This document shows positions 38,587-53,353 of a stretch of DNA of 64,000 nt, piece after piece. The position numbers were made by a program, and so were the translations under genes. This DNA is from Botryllus schlosseri (lineage: Eukaryota): contig CM119371.1 in NCBI GenBank assembly GCA_051294905.1, forward strand, positions 23,128,001 to 23,192,000. Reading direction: 5' to 3'. The notes beneath the pieces were generated by a model. It was not told where the DNA came from. It worked only from the letters and a program-made list of their open reading frames with translations, and searched no databases. Position 1 is the stretch's first letter. Every line of letters starts with the position of its first letter.

Positions 38587-39625
38587 TAGGGATGGTGTGG
38601 CCGTGAGATTCACGTTTGCGTTCGGTGTGTGATATTCAGAAATTTAGAGGTTCGCGTTCACAAATGAACGTTGGTAGGTTCTGCACTGTGAACCTTTCCC
38701 ATGTATTACAAATTGTCATGTCATTATAACATCTTTGGTTGATATTCTTTGCATTTCAACCTCGGACCACTCTGCGCATGGAGCTGGAAGTAGGATAAGA
38801 ATTTCAGCACTAATCGAGCATGCACCATGCCAATTCAAAAAATATTTGCCCGAAAGTTTGCTCGAAATATTCAGTTATCCGTTTATTAATAGCTATAGTG
38901 ACTCTCTGGTGTGAGCTTTGCCCGCAATCATACAATTGCAAGAACGAAATACACTATACATGTAGATAGGCAGCGAATCAACTTATCAATTATTCACATC
39001 AAATAAATTGATAAAGAATTCATCGTTATCTAATGTAATAATTCCATCAGGCGTACGGGACCTATTTTGATTTAATATGTTGATTGTATCATACAAAAAA
39101 AATCCGTCCGATAGGGTGTTGGCTAGTGTGTAACTTGTTTTTGAGGTAACATTTGTCGTAAGTATAGAAGCCGGTTTTTCACTCTGATCAATATCAATGT
39201 AGCAATAGTCCGACTACGTCCTCAACATTTTCCGGTTTAGCCTGGATCGTTAAGCCGTAAGATTACATCCCCTTGCAAGTATTCGTCTAAATTGTTGGCA
39301 AGGCGACGGAAGATATTGATTTTATAGAATTAATGTGGCATTTTATTGTTCGAGTTATACATTTGATTACGTTGGAAACGTCAGCATGTATACTTCATCA
39401 TTGTTGCATATTGTGGATTGAGTCGTCGCTAGGTATCGAGCATAATAATAATAATCCTAATACAGACCATTACATGGAAATGTAGTGCCGGAATTAGCAA
39501 TATGAAGTCACGTGACGTCATGTGATATCATGGGTTCGTGTTCACGTTCGCGTTCACACAGTACCTTTCAAAAAGATTCGCGTTTACACGAACCGAAACC
39601 TTTCAGCGGTTCTCACGAAACCCTA
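38587..39625. mobile_element. hAT-type MITE with GTGAAC/GTTCAC subterminal repeats
   Basis: Ends TAGGGATGGTGT / CACGAAACCCTA; TSD GAATGTAG / GAAAGTAG; inverted copy of 47354-48300. Confidence 0.8.
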
Positions 39626-40559
39626 GAAAGTAGTCCCGCATGACGATTTTCAGAGTCAGAATCCGCTTATATAACCTCTTATTCGGGTCCGTAAATATGG
39701 GGGAGGGTGGCGAAAATTTGTGTCGAGCTTGATAAGGGAGTGATGAATCGAAAAATATTGGGAACCATGCACTGACTTGGAGATTCATAGTACTGGTCAG
39801 GGTTTCCGCCCTTACCAAAAACAGATGCTTCTTGTTTCTGCGTGGCAGTCTGAATCCTGTGCTGCCGATTATAGGCGCAGAAGCCCCTCAGTTGGTTATC
39901 TACGTTTGCTAATCGTTGTTGTTCATACACGTATCCCATTACTTTATTAGCACAATAATAACCTCAAGTCGGATTCGAATGAAGATAGCTAACAAACAGT
40001 GCAGCAACTCCAACATGCGACTTGCATGAAGGTACCAGGCACACAGGACAGCAACAGCAACATACAACTTTGTGAAGATAGCAGGCACGTATAGTACGGC
40101 AAGATACAACTTGATGTCAAGGTATTACAGTAGGACGAAAGGAAGGAACGTAAATTAGTAACGAGCGTAAGAAGTAAGATTTGCAATTAATTTGGCGACA
40201 ACGTAAATAGCCAACAAATGGTGGTTCGCAGACACTTTATATAGCGGTAAGAACAGCCTATCTGAAAAGGCTTGATTAAAAATGAATACTGAAATCAGAA
40301 TAAGCGAAGGAAATCCGTAATCGCAAACAACCCTCACTCACCGGGACAGTCCCGGTAAGTTGCGATGTCGAACTGCGCGCCGAAGCGCCAATCTCCGCGT
40401 TTAGACTCGGAATACTAGATACCCGCTAGGACGAGCAAACCCCCGATCAAAAACTGCATTTTTCATTTGAATTTTGGCTACCGCGAACACGGCCGGCTCA
40501 TTTGATTCTCGTTCACAGAGGCGCCGCGCTGGTGAACCCTGGTTTACTTACTTTTCATA

Positions 40560-42471
40560 ATTTTAATTCTCGGCTCTCCATTGAAAGGGTTCCCTTGATC
40601 ACTCGGCCATGATCTGTCTGATAAAAATGTAATGGAATTTCACAATCATATCTTCTTCATAAACCGCGAACGTTGGAGTATGACGATAACAGTAAATCAA
40701 ACTAATCATTATCCTCTCGTTAAAACTGGACTGGACTGAAAACAATTGAATATATTCCGACCTTGTCAGTAAATGACCATAATAAGAATATCATTATAGC
40801 TCCTGTACCACAGACTGGACATACAACAATTGATTCCTTTCCGATCTTATCAGCTAAGATCATATTGAAAATTGAATACGCAATTAGCAATATCTCAATG
40901 AGCGCCAAATGAGACTGGAATTCAAATCAAACAGAAAGTGAAGAAAGTCCGATGATGATTGTGGAGTCATTGTATTGGAATGGTGACGATTTGCTCGCAT
41001 TTACTAAAAAGTTGCCGAGCTGACCGGAGCAAAACGTATATACAAGAGTCAGAATGGAAGGTGTCGTAGTCGCTGCTCATCGCCCTAAAGTTCGCATCGC
41101 GCACAGGCCTAAGGGACCGATTCATGAAGTTATCAAGCCGGTACTTCGCAAGTGGACTGATGATAATTTAAAATTGAATGTGACGCGGAAAAGGAAAGTA
41201 TCACCACTTCGAGTGAATATGTTGAAATGGCTTACCGAAAATTCCGAGGCACCAGCTAAAAAGAAAAAGTCCAGCTTCTCTGGTCAGAAAATATCTGAAC
41301 GCAAACGGGTAGAGGTTAGAAAGCACACCGGAAAAGACACTAACGTGAAGGCACGGCCGGAAACGATTTCAAAGAAAGCACTATATATTTCAAAGTGCAC
41401 CGAATCTGGTTCGGAAATATTGGCATCTGCACCACCACAGAATTTCGTATTAAACTGTATTGAAAATCTACCAAGAAAGAGCAAGTCGACAGAATCTCGC
41501 TATACTACTGCGTTCAGGCCTGTCGTCGTCAAAGACGAGATGATGCCCGTTGGAAATCAGGCGAAACCCAAATCGGGCGCACGGATGATATTACCGCAAA
41601 ATAAACCTGCACTTGACGAGTTCCGCAGCCTAAACTTTAAAGGTACACACGTCAGTACTGCAAAGATCTGAATGCAGAACAAGCCTTAAGTGCAAATCGA
41701 AGGGCGAAGAACGTAGAACCACGAAATCTTATTTAAACCTGAAGAAGCCTAACGTCTCCATTCCCGAAAATGAACCAGTAAAGAGGAAACTTTCGCAGTT
41801 TCGGAATACTGCGTTGAAACCGGTAACCGATAAAGATGTAGACTCCGTCGAAAAGAAAAGACTGGTTAAGTCTAGCGGGCACGGTTACGAAAAATTTGTC
41901 CGTGGAGCACAAAAAAAATCAACCTCCACAATTACGAGAAGCAGCAATGAAACAAAGGCGAAACTCGATTCGGGCATATGATTGGTTGAAACGCCGCATA
42001 CACCCGCAACAGAAGAGTTCCGATCTTTAACAGTAAAATTGCACAAGTCGGTTTTGCAAAGATCTAAATTCACAGCATACATCAAGTCCGAGTCGAAAGA
42101 CAATAATAACGCTTATCATAAGAAAGAAAACAATGCTTCAGATTCGATGATACAGAAAGCACCGCCGACGCAGGACGAAGAAAAACGCGAATCGGTGGAA
42201 ATCGATGTCCTGCCCACGTCAGCCCTGCCATATGTTCCGCAGGAGTTGTATTTTCAGTTGCGATGGTTGCAGGAAAGGTTGTCCCGGGTTAGCAACCTCG
42301 ACACGATGTTGAGAATTCTAATATTGTGATGAAATCCACCAACAACACATTCTCACAATGCACCAACAACACGTTTTCTGGTAGCATTTTATCTTTTGAA
42401 CTTTGTGATCTAGATATGGCGACGATTAAACGCATCATAGATGTGGTAAAATCTGAGAAACATTCTGCTTG
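40560..42471 (+). pseudogene. AF9/ENL AHD-like-domain gene, copy 2 (most complete)
   Basis: ORF pieces 41054-41671 and 41982-42329 are joined by a frameshifted segment (41640-41980). Lys/Ser-rich body; C-terminal YFQLRWLQERLSRVSNLDTMLRI/..LSFELCDLDMATIKRIIDVV; in-frame stops upstream of 41054. Confidence 0.75.
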
Positions 42472-43776
42472 ATTTCCTTCATGGAAACAACTCTATTATG
42501 TTTTTTAGCCAAATTCGCTTTTTTGGAAATGCTGTCTACTGAACAGTTTTTAGTTCAGGATTCATAACACTACGACTATATCCAATTGGTAATTCAAATT
42601 GCCCCAATCCCGGGTGGTCCGCTCCCAACCGCGATCGTTAATTATGCATCTTAAATTTCTAACCCATTTTCCGACGGTTGTTTTGCTGTTGTTTGCAAGT
42701 GTGGCTGCGTATTTCCCATTCACCCATATTTGTCAGAGTTGTGTTTTAACACACTTTTCCTCCTCTGTTGTAGTTACTGTGACAGGACTGCAACAGGAGA
42801 AAACACAAACCCTATTTCAACCGCCATGCCAATTTTGACAATCCCAAAACACCCATTTTGTTGTTAGATTACGTAAAGACATTTTTCATGTATATACAAT
42901 TCTTTCTGGTATGTATATTTTGATACTGTCGTCTTTCAAAATTGTTCGCATTAATTTGGTCCAAATTAATCAGAGTTCAGATGGTACGGTTAGTTGCATC
43001 TGTCAGACAGATGTGGTCAAGATAGTCAACATTGGTACTCTAGTACAATTCGAGTTGATGCCGTAAATTTATACTCGAATACAGTGGTTCCTCTTCCTTA
43101 ACCTTCACTAACCCGCGGAACACTTACGCTTTTCTGCAGGCCTTTGCGACCCGAATGATTAACTTGCGAATCCTTTCGTCTTATATAGTTGTTCAGAAAT
43201 GACATGCAGCCAAATTTGACAGGTTTGTCGAGGTCTATCCGAATATGCGTATATTCGATCGTAGGCTACGTTTTTCGTATGTCAAAAGATAGAAATTGAT
43301 ATTTGGTGACTAGAAATTCAGTCAAAATCAAACAATTGGTGGTGATTCGACGGGACTAGTGGTATTTTGAATATTTGCGTGACTTCAGAAGTGACATGCC
43401 TTGAAAATGGAGCGAAATACAATTTTCATTGGAATTGCATCCTGCAGATGCGCAATAACATCATTTTTACAAAACAATAACACCACTAGGACGCGACAAA
43501 TGTGACAAAAAAGATTCTTGTAAAGGTAAAACCATTGTGAATGTCTTAGTATATATGTATATCCATCACTTTACCACACACTGACATTATTGACGAAGCT
43601 CAATGAATCATACATCCTTCTCGAGTCGACTCACCACTTGAAATTGAATGATTGAAATTGTGAATGTGGTTCACTTGCATTACGAATGGTTCAGTTGATT
43701 AGAAATAATAACAATTCAGGTACAATTCCTCCTGAATTTGAACACAAATTTACACTATATAGTTAGTCCGCCCTCA

Positions 43777-45660
43777 GTTTAATTCTCGACTTTCCATTGA
43801 TAGGGTACTCTTAATTACTCGGCCATGATCTGATAAAGATGAAATTGAATTTTCCAATCCTATCTTCTTCATGAACCGCGAACCTTGAATTGTGACGATG
43901 CAGTACACACAATTAGTTATAATCTTCCCGTTATAACTGGACTGGACAGACAACAATTGAATATTTTTCGACCTTGTCAGCAAAAAATCTCATTATGACT
44001 AGTATGTACCACGGAATAGGCATACAACAATTGATTCTATTCCGATCTTATCAGCTACGAAAAGATTAAAAATTGAATATGCAATTCGCAACATCTCAAT
44101 TAGCGCCAAATGTCTATCAAATCTAACAGAAAATGAAGAGGGTACGATGATAATTGAACACTTGAACAGTCATTGTATTGGAATTGTGACGATTTACTAA
44201 ATAGTTGTCGAGTTGGACGTACGTACGTACAAGAGTGAGAATGGAAGGTAACGCAGTCGCTGCTCATCGGCCGAAAATTCGCATCGCCACAAGGGCCAAT
44301 ACATGAAGTAATCCAGCCAGTACTTCTCAAGTGGCCAAAAGATAACCCGAAATTGAATGGGACAAGGAAAAGGAAATTATCACCATTTCGAGTAAACATG
44401 TGGCTTACTCAAAACGCCGAGGCACCAGCTAAGAAGAGAAAAACAGGGAAGTCTAGCGTGTCTGGTTTTGCAAAATATCAGAACGGTAAAGGGCTGATTT
44501 TGAAAAGTACACCGATTGCGATACTAATGGGAAGGCACAGCCTGCAACGTGGTCAAAGAAAGGTCTTGACCTTACAAATTGCACCGAATCTAGTGTGGGA
44601 ATATTGAGATCTGCGCCAGCATATAATTCCGTATTAAAATGCATTACTATAATCATTAATCAACCAATGAAGAGGAAAGTTTCGCCGTCTCGCGGTACTG
44701 CGTTGAAGCCTGTAACCGGCAAGGGCGCGGACCCACTCGACAACAAACGATTGGCCAAGTCTAGCGAGCACGGCTTCGAAAAATGTGTCGGTGGAACACA
44801 ACAATCAGTGTCGACAAGTGCAGGATTGAAGAAATGCGACACCAGATTCGGGCTCACGAGTGTTTGAAACTCAGCATACACCCCCAACAGACGAGTTCCG
44901 CAGATTGAAAATAAGATAGCATCAGTCCGTTATACAAAGATCGAAATTTGGAACATACAGAAAGTCCAAGTCACAAGATGAAAAGAGAGATCATCAAATA
45001 AAAGAAAACTCTAGTGCAGATTCGACGATACGGAAAGCACCACCGAACCATCACGAAGAAGAAACATATCCCCGTGGGACGCAGAACAAACAAACCTCCT
45101 CAACTACGAAAAGCGGGAATAACAAGACGGCGAAAATCGATTTTGGCTCACAATTGCTTAGAACGCAGCATACAGCCGCAACGGAGTTCCGCTGCTTAAC
45201 AGCAAGATTGCAAAAGTCAGTTATGCAAAGTGCGAAATTAGGAACATACAGACAGTCCGGGAAGGAAGATGTAAAGATCACCGATCATAGAAAAGAAAAC
45301 CATGATTCAGATTCAAAGATACGCAGATCACTACCGAGCCAGTACGAAGAAAAATATGCATCGGTAGAAATCGATGTCCTACCGGCGTCAGCGCTGCCAC
45401 ATGTTCCGCAAGAGTCGTATTTTCAGTTGCGACGGTTGCAGGAAAGATTGTCCCGGGTTATCAACCTCGACACGCTGTTGAGGATATCTAATATCGTCAT
45501 GAAATCCACCAACAGCACGTTCTCACAATGCATCCATGACACGTTTTCAGGTCGTGTTTTATCTTTCGAACTTTGTGATCTAGATTCTAGATAGTGCTAC
45601 GATCGAAGGCATTAAAGACGTGTTAAAATCGGAGAAACTTTCTGCTCAAATTCCGTCACG
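43777..45660 (+). pseudogene. AF9/ENL AHD-like-domain gene, copy 3 (tandem to copy 2, ~3.2-kb period)
   Basis: Colinear with 40560-42471. ORF 45154-45594 ends ..YFQLRRLQERLSRVINLDTLLRISNIV..LSFELCDLDSR*; multiple frameshifts. Confidence 0.75.
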
Positions 45661-47222
45661 AAAACAACTACCATATGTTAAGAAGTCAAATTCGCCGCAT
45701 TTTATTGTAGTACAACGTCCACAGAATAGTTCTAGTTCGGAATTCATGACATCACGAATATCCAATTGGTGATTCAAATTAGTGTCAATCCCAGGTGATC
45801 CTCATCCAACCGCACACGTAAAGCATGCGTGTTGAATTTCCAACCCAATCTTTATTCTATATGAAAGTATTTTCTGTTGCTGACCCGATACGCCTACGGG
45901 ATATTGTAACCATGATAAGCACGAATCATGGTCCGGCTATATTGCAGATAGTTCGCATTGGTGACTGGGTATTTTCCAGTCACTCATAACTGCCTGATTC
46001 GTGTTTTAACCTACATTTCCTATTTTGTTGTATAGTTACTGTCATAGGCGCCAAGTTACGGGGTGGCCTAGCCACTCCATGACACATTTATGGGGTGGCG
46101 GCCACCTCATACAAAAAGATTAAACGCCCGCCGTCTGCGATTTCAAATCATCAGCGCTGTCAATTAGCGAGTCAGTGATAGCGCGTAAATGCCAACTATT
46201 TACCGCCAACCGATACGCGCGCGAATAATTGAATACGCAGTTTCGTCGGCGGCGACGGACTAGCGCTAAAAACGCTATAATAAATCGAAATCCGTGATTA
46301 GTAATCAGACAATCGAAGCAACCTCGTTTACGGCGTCGATTTCGACACGCTTGCGCTGAGGAACATCTTCTCTCTCGACCAGATGAGCCAATTCACGTTC
46401 TCCTTCTCTAAATCACATTGTATTTGCGCCCATATTCGTTTACAAAATAATTCTTGAGTTAGTTCCGTGATAGTCTCTATAATTGGCGGCTTGGAGCGCG
46501 GAATAGGACGGTGTGTTTGTGTACGCCTGCGAAGTGAAAGTCATTCCTACGCAAAGTGCGCATATTCATTACTCTAACAAGGCTTTGCACACTTTTTTTG
46601 GGAAATGCAACAATACAACTCGAACGTCGTTCTCATAATGCCAACAATTTTCGCGATATCAGACTTGGAACCCCATTGCGCTGTACGCAAGTTGAGGAAT
46701 TACTGATTAGATGCGTGCTTTCTCGTTTGCTATCATCTGTAGGCTACTAATTCTTGTCTGCTTTATACAGTCGTATATATTCCTTCGGTGTCACTTGTAT
46801 TGTTTGATTTGTTAATAATACTCCGCATTGTGCAGTGCACACAGCGTTGAATTACGTTGTCAAATATTGATGCAACGCGAGATTCTCGGTTGCCCAAATT
46901 CTGAATTTATTCGATGAGTTTGAACTGGAACCTTCTATGTTCCAATAAACTTCATCGCTGGACCGACTCTATCGAGCGCAACCATATCGCGCATCGAATT
47001 TCAAACCTTTGGGATATGTATGTTTATTGATAAGGTCGCGGCATGCGCCCATACTGCTCTTACTGCAATAACACGTGGATAGATGAAAGCGCACCATTTT
47101 ACGATCAAATTCGATTGGCTAATCGGAGCCTACGTAGGCCGTAGGCCACGGGCTGATATTAACCAGCGCGTTATCGGCATTAAAACCCCAGATGCATAGC
47201 CTGGGAGTTTGTCATTTTAAAC

Positions 47223-48453
47223 TACGGCTGGGCAAAATCGAGTACCTGAGTGATTCGATACTGAATCACGTATTATGGTTCGAGTCGAGTATTCGAGTAT
47301 AACCTATTATGACGTTATAACCGAATTTAATATGTCGCAGTTCAAATATGTAGTAGGGATGGTGTGAACCTCTGAAAGGTTCAGGTTCGTGTGAACGCGA
47401 ACCTTTTTGAAAGGTTCTGTGTGAACGCGAACGTGAACCTCATGACGTCACGGGACGTCATATTGCTAATTCCAACCCTACATTTCAGTGATGTGATATA
47501 TATTAATGTACACGATACCTAGCGATGACTCGGGCCACATAATGGCACAATGCTGAAGTACATACTGACTTTTTAAACGAGGACAAATGTATCAACTGCA
47601 GCAATCAAATGATATAATGATACCATAAAATCAATATCTTCCGTCGCTTTGCCAACAGTTTCAACGATGACTTGCAAGGGAATATAAGCTTACGCCGCAA
47701 CGGTCTAGGTCAGACCAGACAATGCGTTCGGCGTCTGAGTGTCGCTACGTTGATATTAAGCAGAGTGTGCTATATGGGTTTTACCCCATTAACAAGTTAT
47801 ACAGCAGTAGCCAACACCCCAATCGCACGCATTTGGTTTTTATGGTACTATAAACATATGAAATGAGATGGACCCCGTACGTTTGCTAGACAACGATATC
47901 AATTTCATTGATTGGTTGAATAAGCATCATTCGCTCACTACCTACATGTAGTGTATTTCGCTCTTGATTTTGTGTGGTTGCGGGTCGAGGTGACAGCAGA
48001 GAGTCACTAAATATTCACAAACAGAAAGCTGGATATTTCGAGAAAACTTCTATAACAAAGCAGGTAATATTTTTGTGATTGTCAAGGTGCATGCTCGTTT
48101 ATAGCGCCATGCATAGAGTGGCCCGCAGTTGATATGCAATAAATTTCAACCAAAGATGTTATAATGACGTGAAAATTTTAATGCATGGAAAAGGTTCACA
48201 GTGCAGAACCTACCAAGGTTCGTTTGTGAACGTGAACCTCTAAATTCTCGAGGTTCACACACAGAACACGAACGTGAACCTCACGTTCACACCATCCCTA
48301 ATATGTACCATTTATGTCACAACAAAGGACATACTGCCTGTTATCCGGCACCTTAAAGATACTTTGGTATTTATTTCGACCATGTACCGATTTCATTGCA
48401 CTTGTTGACAATGTTGTGAGATGATCACGACTTCGGAAATGCGTTATTTCCAC
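47223..48453. mobile_element. CGAGT-family MITE, interrupted by a nested MITE and truncated at the duplication breakpoint
   Basis: 47223-47353 and 48301-48453 match 28963-29240. The match stops where duplication copy B begins. Confidence 0.75.
47354..48300. mobile_element. hAT-type MITE with GTGAAC repeats
   Basis: TIRs TAGGGATGGTGTGAAC / GTTCACACCATCCCTA; TSD ATATGTAG / ATATGTAC. Confidence 0.85.
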
Positions 48454-49779
48454 TACTGCCACCTAAGGAAATTGAATGCCAGCCAATTCTATCAGCGTAC
48501 CGCATATAGACTGTTACAACTAAATATCTTGTCATATAAATTCAATAAACATATCATATGTTCGAGTGGATTGCGTAAAGTGTCTAAATAGATTTTTCGA
48601 ACGTAATTCGTTAACAATTTGTATTTACTATTCTTATATTCACCATTAGGAACATATTATTATAAAGTTAATATTGTAATCAGGAAGCCGGAAATTAATT
48701 CGGTCTGTACACAAACCCAGTTTTCAGGGTCATACCATTCCTTTTCACTATGTGGTTAGCAATAATAAGAGATTGCAGATTGTCATTACATCACAGAAAT
48801 TCAGAATAGCATTAAACTTAGTAATGAAAAATGAAACGTTTCGTTTTCTTCATTGCCTGACAGTTTTTGCGTGATTGTATATTGCAGTCAGAGCAATACC
48901 CACCGTTAGGCCAGACACAATCCGAAACCAGCGTACTGCGAGGGATAATTGTTTACAACACAACAGACGCTGCAATCAACATTGCCAGCTAATTAGCAGC
49001 CAATTTCTGATTTCATGTGACTTAACTTTACCTAGCTCTACTTTAAGATCTTCAGGGACGTGGATGGATGTGCGGAACGGCGCGTGGTGAGGTAGGATAT
49101 ATGATAGGATATAGTGACTCGGCTGGCGCTAAACTTTTTCAATGTACAGGTAGGCCTACCTACAGTTATACAAATGTTCGTAGGATGCTAATTCGTAGTT
49201 AAACTTTACTGTTACGCAGTTCAGTGTTGGTTTTATACGTTATGAAATCGAAAGGATCATTTAAAGCTTCAAAGTTAAGATAGGGGATGTAGATCGGGTT
49301 GACACTGTTGGTGGATTAGATGTAGAGCGCAGCGATAGCGAGCAGTGAAATCTCTGAAATCGCCGACCTGTGCTAGGATAGCCATATCTATGTACGTCAT
49401 ACTATAGATGTATAGTAAATCTGCAACCCGTATAAGAATACACACGAAATCAGGCCTATCATGGGTTTACATCTTCTATTACGAAATCATAATTTCGTTA
49501 TGCAATAACGTTTTTTATTCTTTTACTGCAATATCTATTTCTGACATTGACAAATAAAGACTGTTGCATCCTTGTGCGGGCGACCTCGGCTACTCCTCAA
49601 TTTCGTGTTGTTCTGACAGCGGCCATGGTTCTCTGCAGAATATGCCTATTTAATACGGCTATGATGCCCTTGTCGCAATAATAGTTACATTTTGTAATGA
49701 ACGAGGCAGTAGCGTCTGAGTCAAGAATTTTGTAACAATTTTGTTCGCGTAGAATTTCAAGAAGTGCATCTATATATAT

Positions 49780-52700
49780 TAGGGTTGTTTAGATTTGGGC
49801 AATTTTCTGGAAACTTGTTTTGCGTAGTGCAAATGATAGTTTAGTACATAAGAACACATCTATATGCGATTTTAGTCATTTTCATCGCGATCTTCCTTGC
49901 CCGCAAAGCCCCTAAAGATCCATGGGCCAATTCTCCTTACTACCGACGATTCACTACTGCGGGTTTGTAGCTTTTGTGAGGTAGAATACCTAGGTACAAG
50001 CTCATGATACTAGGCTTCTTCTCAAAAGATCATGGCAGTTAAGCCGTGGCGTCAAAATGGTGGAATTAGCTGATCCTGAATTACCAATGTCATTCCGTCA
50101 GAAAACGTCCATGGTGTTCCTACGTAAACAGAAACAATATTCTCAACACATTAGTCATCGTCGTCACCCACTATGGTATGTTCTTACAACTGAGTTCACA
50201 TAAAAAACAGATATCTGGCACAGACTATGCTTCTGAAACTTGATGGATTTATTGTACGAAAATCTGCATCATCAAACTTGATAAGCACAATAAGGCAAAA
50301 CACAAATCCGCACATAGTAGGCCGAATATTTACGTGACTTGAGACAATTGTGAAAGATGAAATGGAAGTTATTATCATTGAAGAACATGTTGAGAATTAG
50401 GTAAACATAAAACAAAATGTGGATTAACGACAGGCTCTAGTCTCAGGCGGGCTTAAAAGGATTTCAATGTGGATTTATTGAAGTTGTGATACTTCTGACG
50501 GTGTTGCTCAATAACTTGCAGCAGATTTTCCTTTTGGAGTTCATCGTCTGTGATGATCGAAGCAAAGTCAGCGTGAGTTTACCTCCTCGTTCAGCAGCGT
50601 CATTGACGACTTTGAAATTACTTACAAAATGGCTCATTTCATTGTATGATTCGTACTTGAGCCATTGTTTCACAGGCTGATTCAACCATTCTCCAGAACA
50701 CTCAAATTAGTTGAACAAATGTCATGACTGAGGGCCCGCTAAATCAGTCAAAGTGGTGTTCCCCTCTATAGTCCTTTATGAGAGAATGGGTGGTCTGTGG
50801 CGATAAGATTGCGGTTTTTCAACTTTCAGTAGGCGGCTTGCAATGCTTTGTCTGGCATAGTAACTTCATTTTTCTGAGAATAGGGCATAAAGCACAGTTT
50901 CTTCCACAATGTACCATGGACGCTTCTTCAACTTATTGAGAGCAGATTCAGCAGCATCTTTATTGGTAGTTGTGTAACCGCGCATCTCCTGAATGAACCG
51001 CAAGTCGTTTCCCGGCGCGTCACGCCCAATACTGCGGTCCAGCGAAGCAGGAACATGGAATATTCTTAGAAACTAGTTCATGCATTCCAGTTCAGTAACG
51101 AAACTTGACGAGCATTGCATCTGATCAGCCCACATGAAGATATTCTGAGAATATTGAATAGTCCCCATCCACATGGCATATGGTGCATTTGCTTAATAGG
51201 TCTTATTCTCGCCATATTCCATATTTTGACAACCTCCTCAATTGTTTGTTGAAGAAGACAATCCTGTGTTTTGATAGTTTTAGGACATTCCTCTTTCAGA
51301 TATAGCAAATACTGTAGAACCTGGCGTAGAGTAGGTAACTTGGAGTGAATAATACATTCAGATGAATATCCGACCAAATAATGAGTAGACTTCGATCTTG
51401 TTATTGGTGGGTCCAGCACAACCTTTTTCAACTTTTCAGACATGCTTCTTCAACTTAGTTCTAGTCTACCATCAAATTAGATAAGTCGGTATCTTACAGT
51501 AACACTAAATTTGAAGCAAATATTACTGACATAACATATTACGTACCTTTCAGTAACATTTACCAGCTTGACACCAGCTGAAAACATCTGCGCATTTGTT
51601 CCGACTCACAACACGATTGTGCTTCTTCGGTATACGATTCACAACAAACGTGCAGCCAATACATGTTTCCCATGAACACGATAGACTGGTTGTGCATGGT
51701 AAAACGAAGATACATCTGGCATTTATAAGACTGTATTTCAGTACAGTTATGTAAACAGATATATTTCTCATCCAGGGCCGTAACAGCACTTCGTCAGCCC
51801 GCCCCCCTAAACGTTGGTTTCGGGCCCCCCACATAATGATAAACCAACCAAACTTCTGGGGGCTTCGCCCCCCAGACCCCCCTACGTCTCTCCGCTGTTT
51901 AGCGCGACTTCACATCTGGGTTGGGGTAGTTTGCTGAGTCTGCTTTTCTCGATTAGACGCGCCAAGCGCGAAAATTTTGTATAATGCACGATTGAATCGG
52001 TCAATATGATCGGGAATTGTATATATATTGCTATTAATTTTTATCCTCTCACATGCTCACGTAATCAGATTTACAGGCGATGTGTGTTTGAAATGGTAGG
52101 ACCCCTCAATAATAATCAAACACCTTCGGGCGTATACCCGCTGGCAGGAACGAAACACCACTTCGTCAGGCCCCCATCCCCAAAAAACTGGGGTCTTGGG
52201 CTACCATAGGGTGATAAACCTACCGCAATCACGTTGTTCGCTTTTGCCACGAAATGAACGGTACTGTTCAGGGAGCCAGCGCGAAGCGCGAAAATGTTCG
52301 ATAATTCATGATAAAATCGGTCAATAAGATACGGAATTGCATATATATTGCTACCAATTTCTTGTCCTCTCTGCTCACGTGATCAGATTTACCGGAAGAG
52401 CTGAGTGAAGTGTCTTGGTAACTGTATGGCCTGTTGGTATGACTCCGTAACATGATGGTATTTCGTGACCTCCTGTCTGCTATATCAAAAATTATAGAAT
52501 CGCCCAAACGTAGGCTACTAAACTAAAAGACGCACACGATTTCAAATTGGTATTTCTTCACTGGCATATGATTTTTCTCTGCGGGATGGTATTTGTCTTG
52601 TGAGGTTCAGATTGCCGAGACAGGAACATTCGGCGCCAGTCATTTAGGCGCCTAAGGACAAATAACCTACATGTATTTTTTATATATAACGAAGTTTTCG

Positions 52701-53337
52701 GTCAGCATAAGGGCAGTCCTTTTCGGCCAAGGTTTTCTCGCTGCCGATCGTTCTGGCACACTTCTTAGAGTCGCATGTTACATGGCCTAAAACTTTATAT
52801 GTCTTGGTAAATCGTGGCGCGGTAATGGTCAATGCCGACATGCCCATTTCTATGAATTTTGCGTATTTTTTCTTGGGGGAAAATTACCCAAAAATTAAGA
52901 CGTGTGTCAACTTGAAATCGCGCACAGCGCGAAAAATTTTTGAGAAAGTTGCATCAATTTTCAAAAAAAATACTCTATAATTTAAGCTAATTTGGGCCCC
53001 CTTCGAGCTCCCCTCCCCCAATGGGGGGGGGGGGGTTGGGGTGCGGCAGTTACGGTGCTGTTCTCATCCCTGCAGAGCCGTTTTGAACTGATAACTTCAC
53101 AAAAAGCTGCGAACCAGTGACACGGTCAACACTACAGAAAAATATATGACGTAACACTCTGGTGTACCGTCAGTAGTAAGGAGAATCGACCCGTGGGTCT
53201 TTGGAGGCTTTGCGGGCAAGGAAGATCGCGATGAAGATGACTAAAATCGCTTGTAAAGGTGTTTTTATGTACGAAACTATCATTTGGAACTACGCAAACC
53301 AAGATTCCAAAAAAATGTCCAAATCTGAACAACCCTA
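49780..53337 (-). mobile_element. Second hATm-like transposon (internally deleted), ~170-bp TIRs, copy B-specific
   Basis: TIRs TAGGGTTGTT(T/C)AGATTTGG..; TSD ATATATAT. Transposase remnants at 51078-51443 (SKLPTLRQV) and 50464-50685 (VVNDAAERGGKL). Confidence 0.85.
51773..53060. mobile_element. Non-autonomous hAT element nested in the second hATm element
   Basis: TIRs CAGGGCCGTAAC / GTTACGGTGCTG; perfect TSD TTCTCATC. Confidence 0.8.
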
Positions 53338-53353
53338 ATATATATATATATAG

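Noticed and set aside
46043..47135. Element starting CATAGGCGCC where AHD-unit similarity ends
   Set aside because: Probably an insertion, but no matching right TIR or TSD was found, so it is not called.
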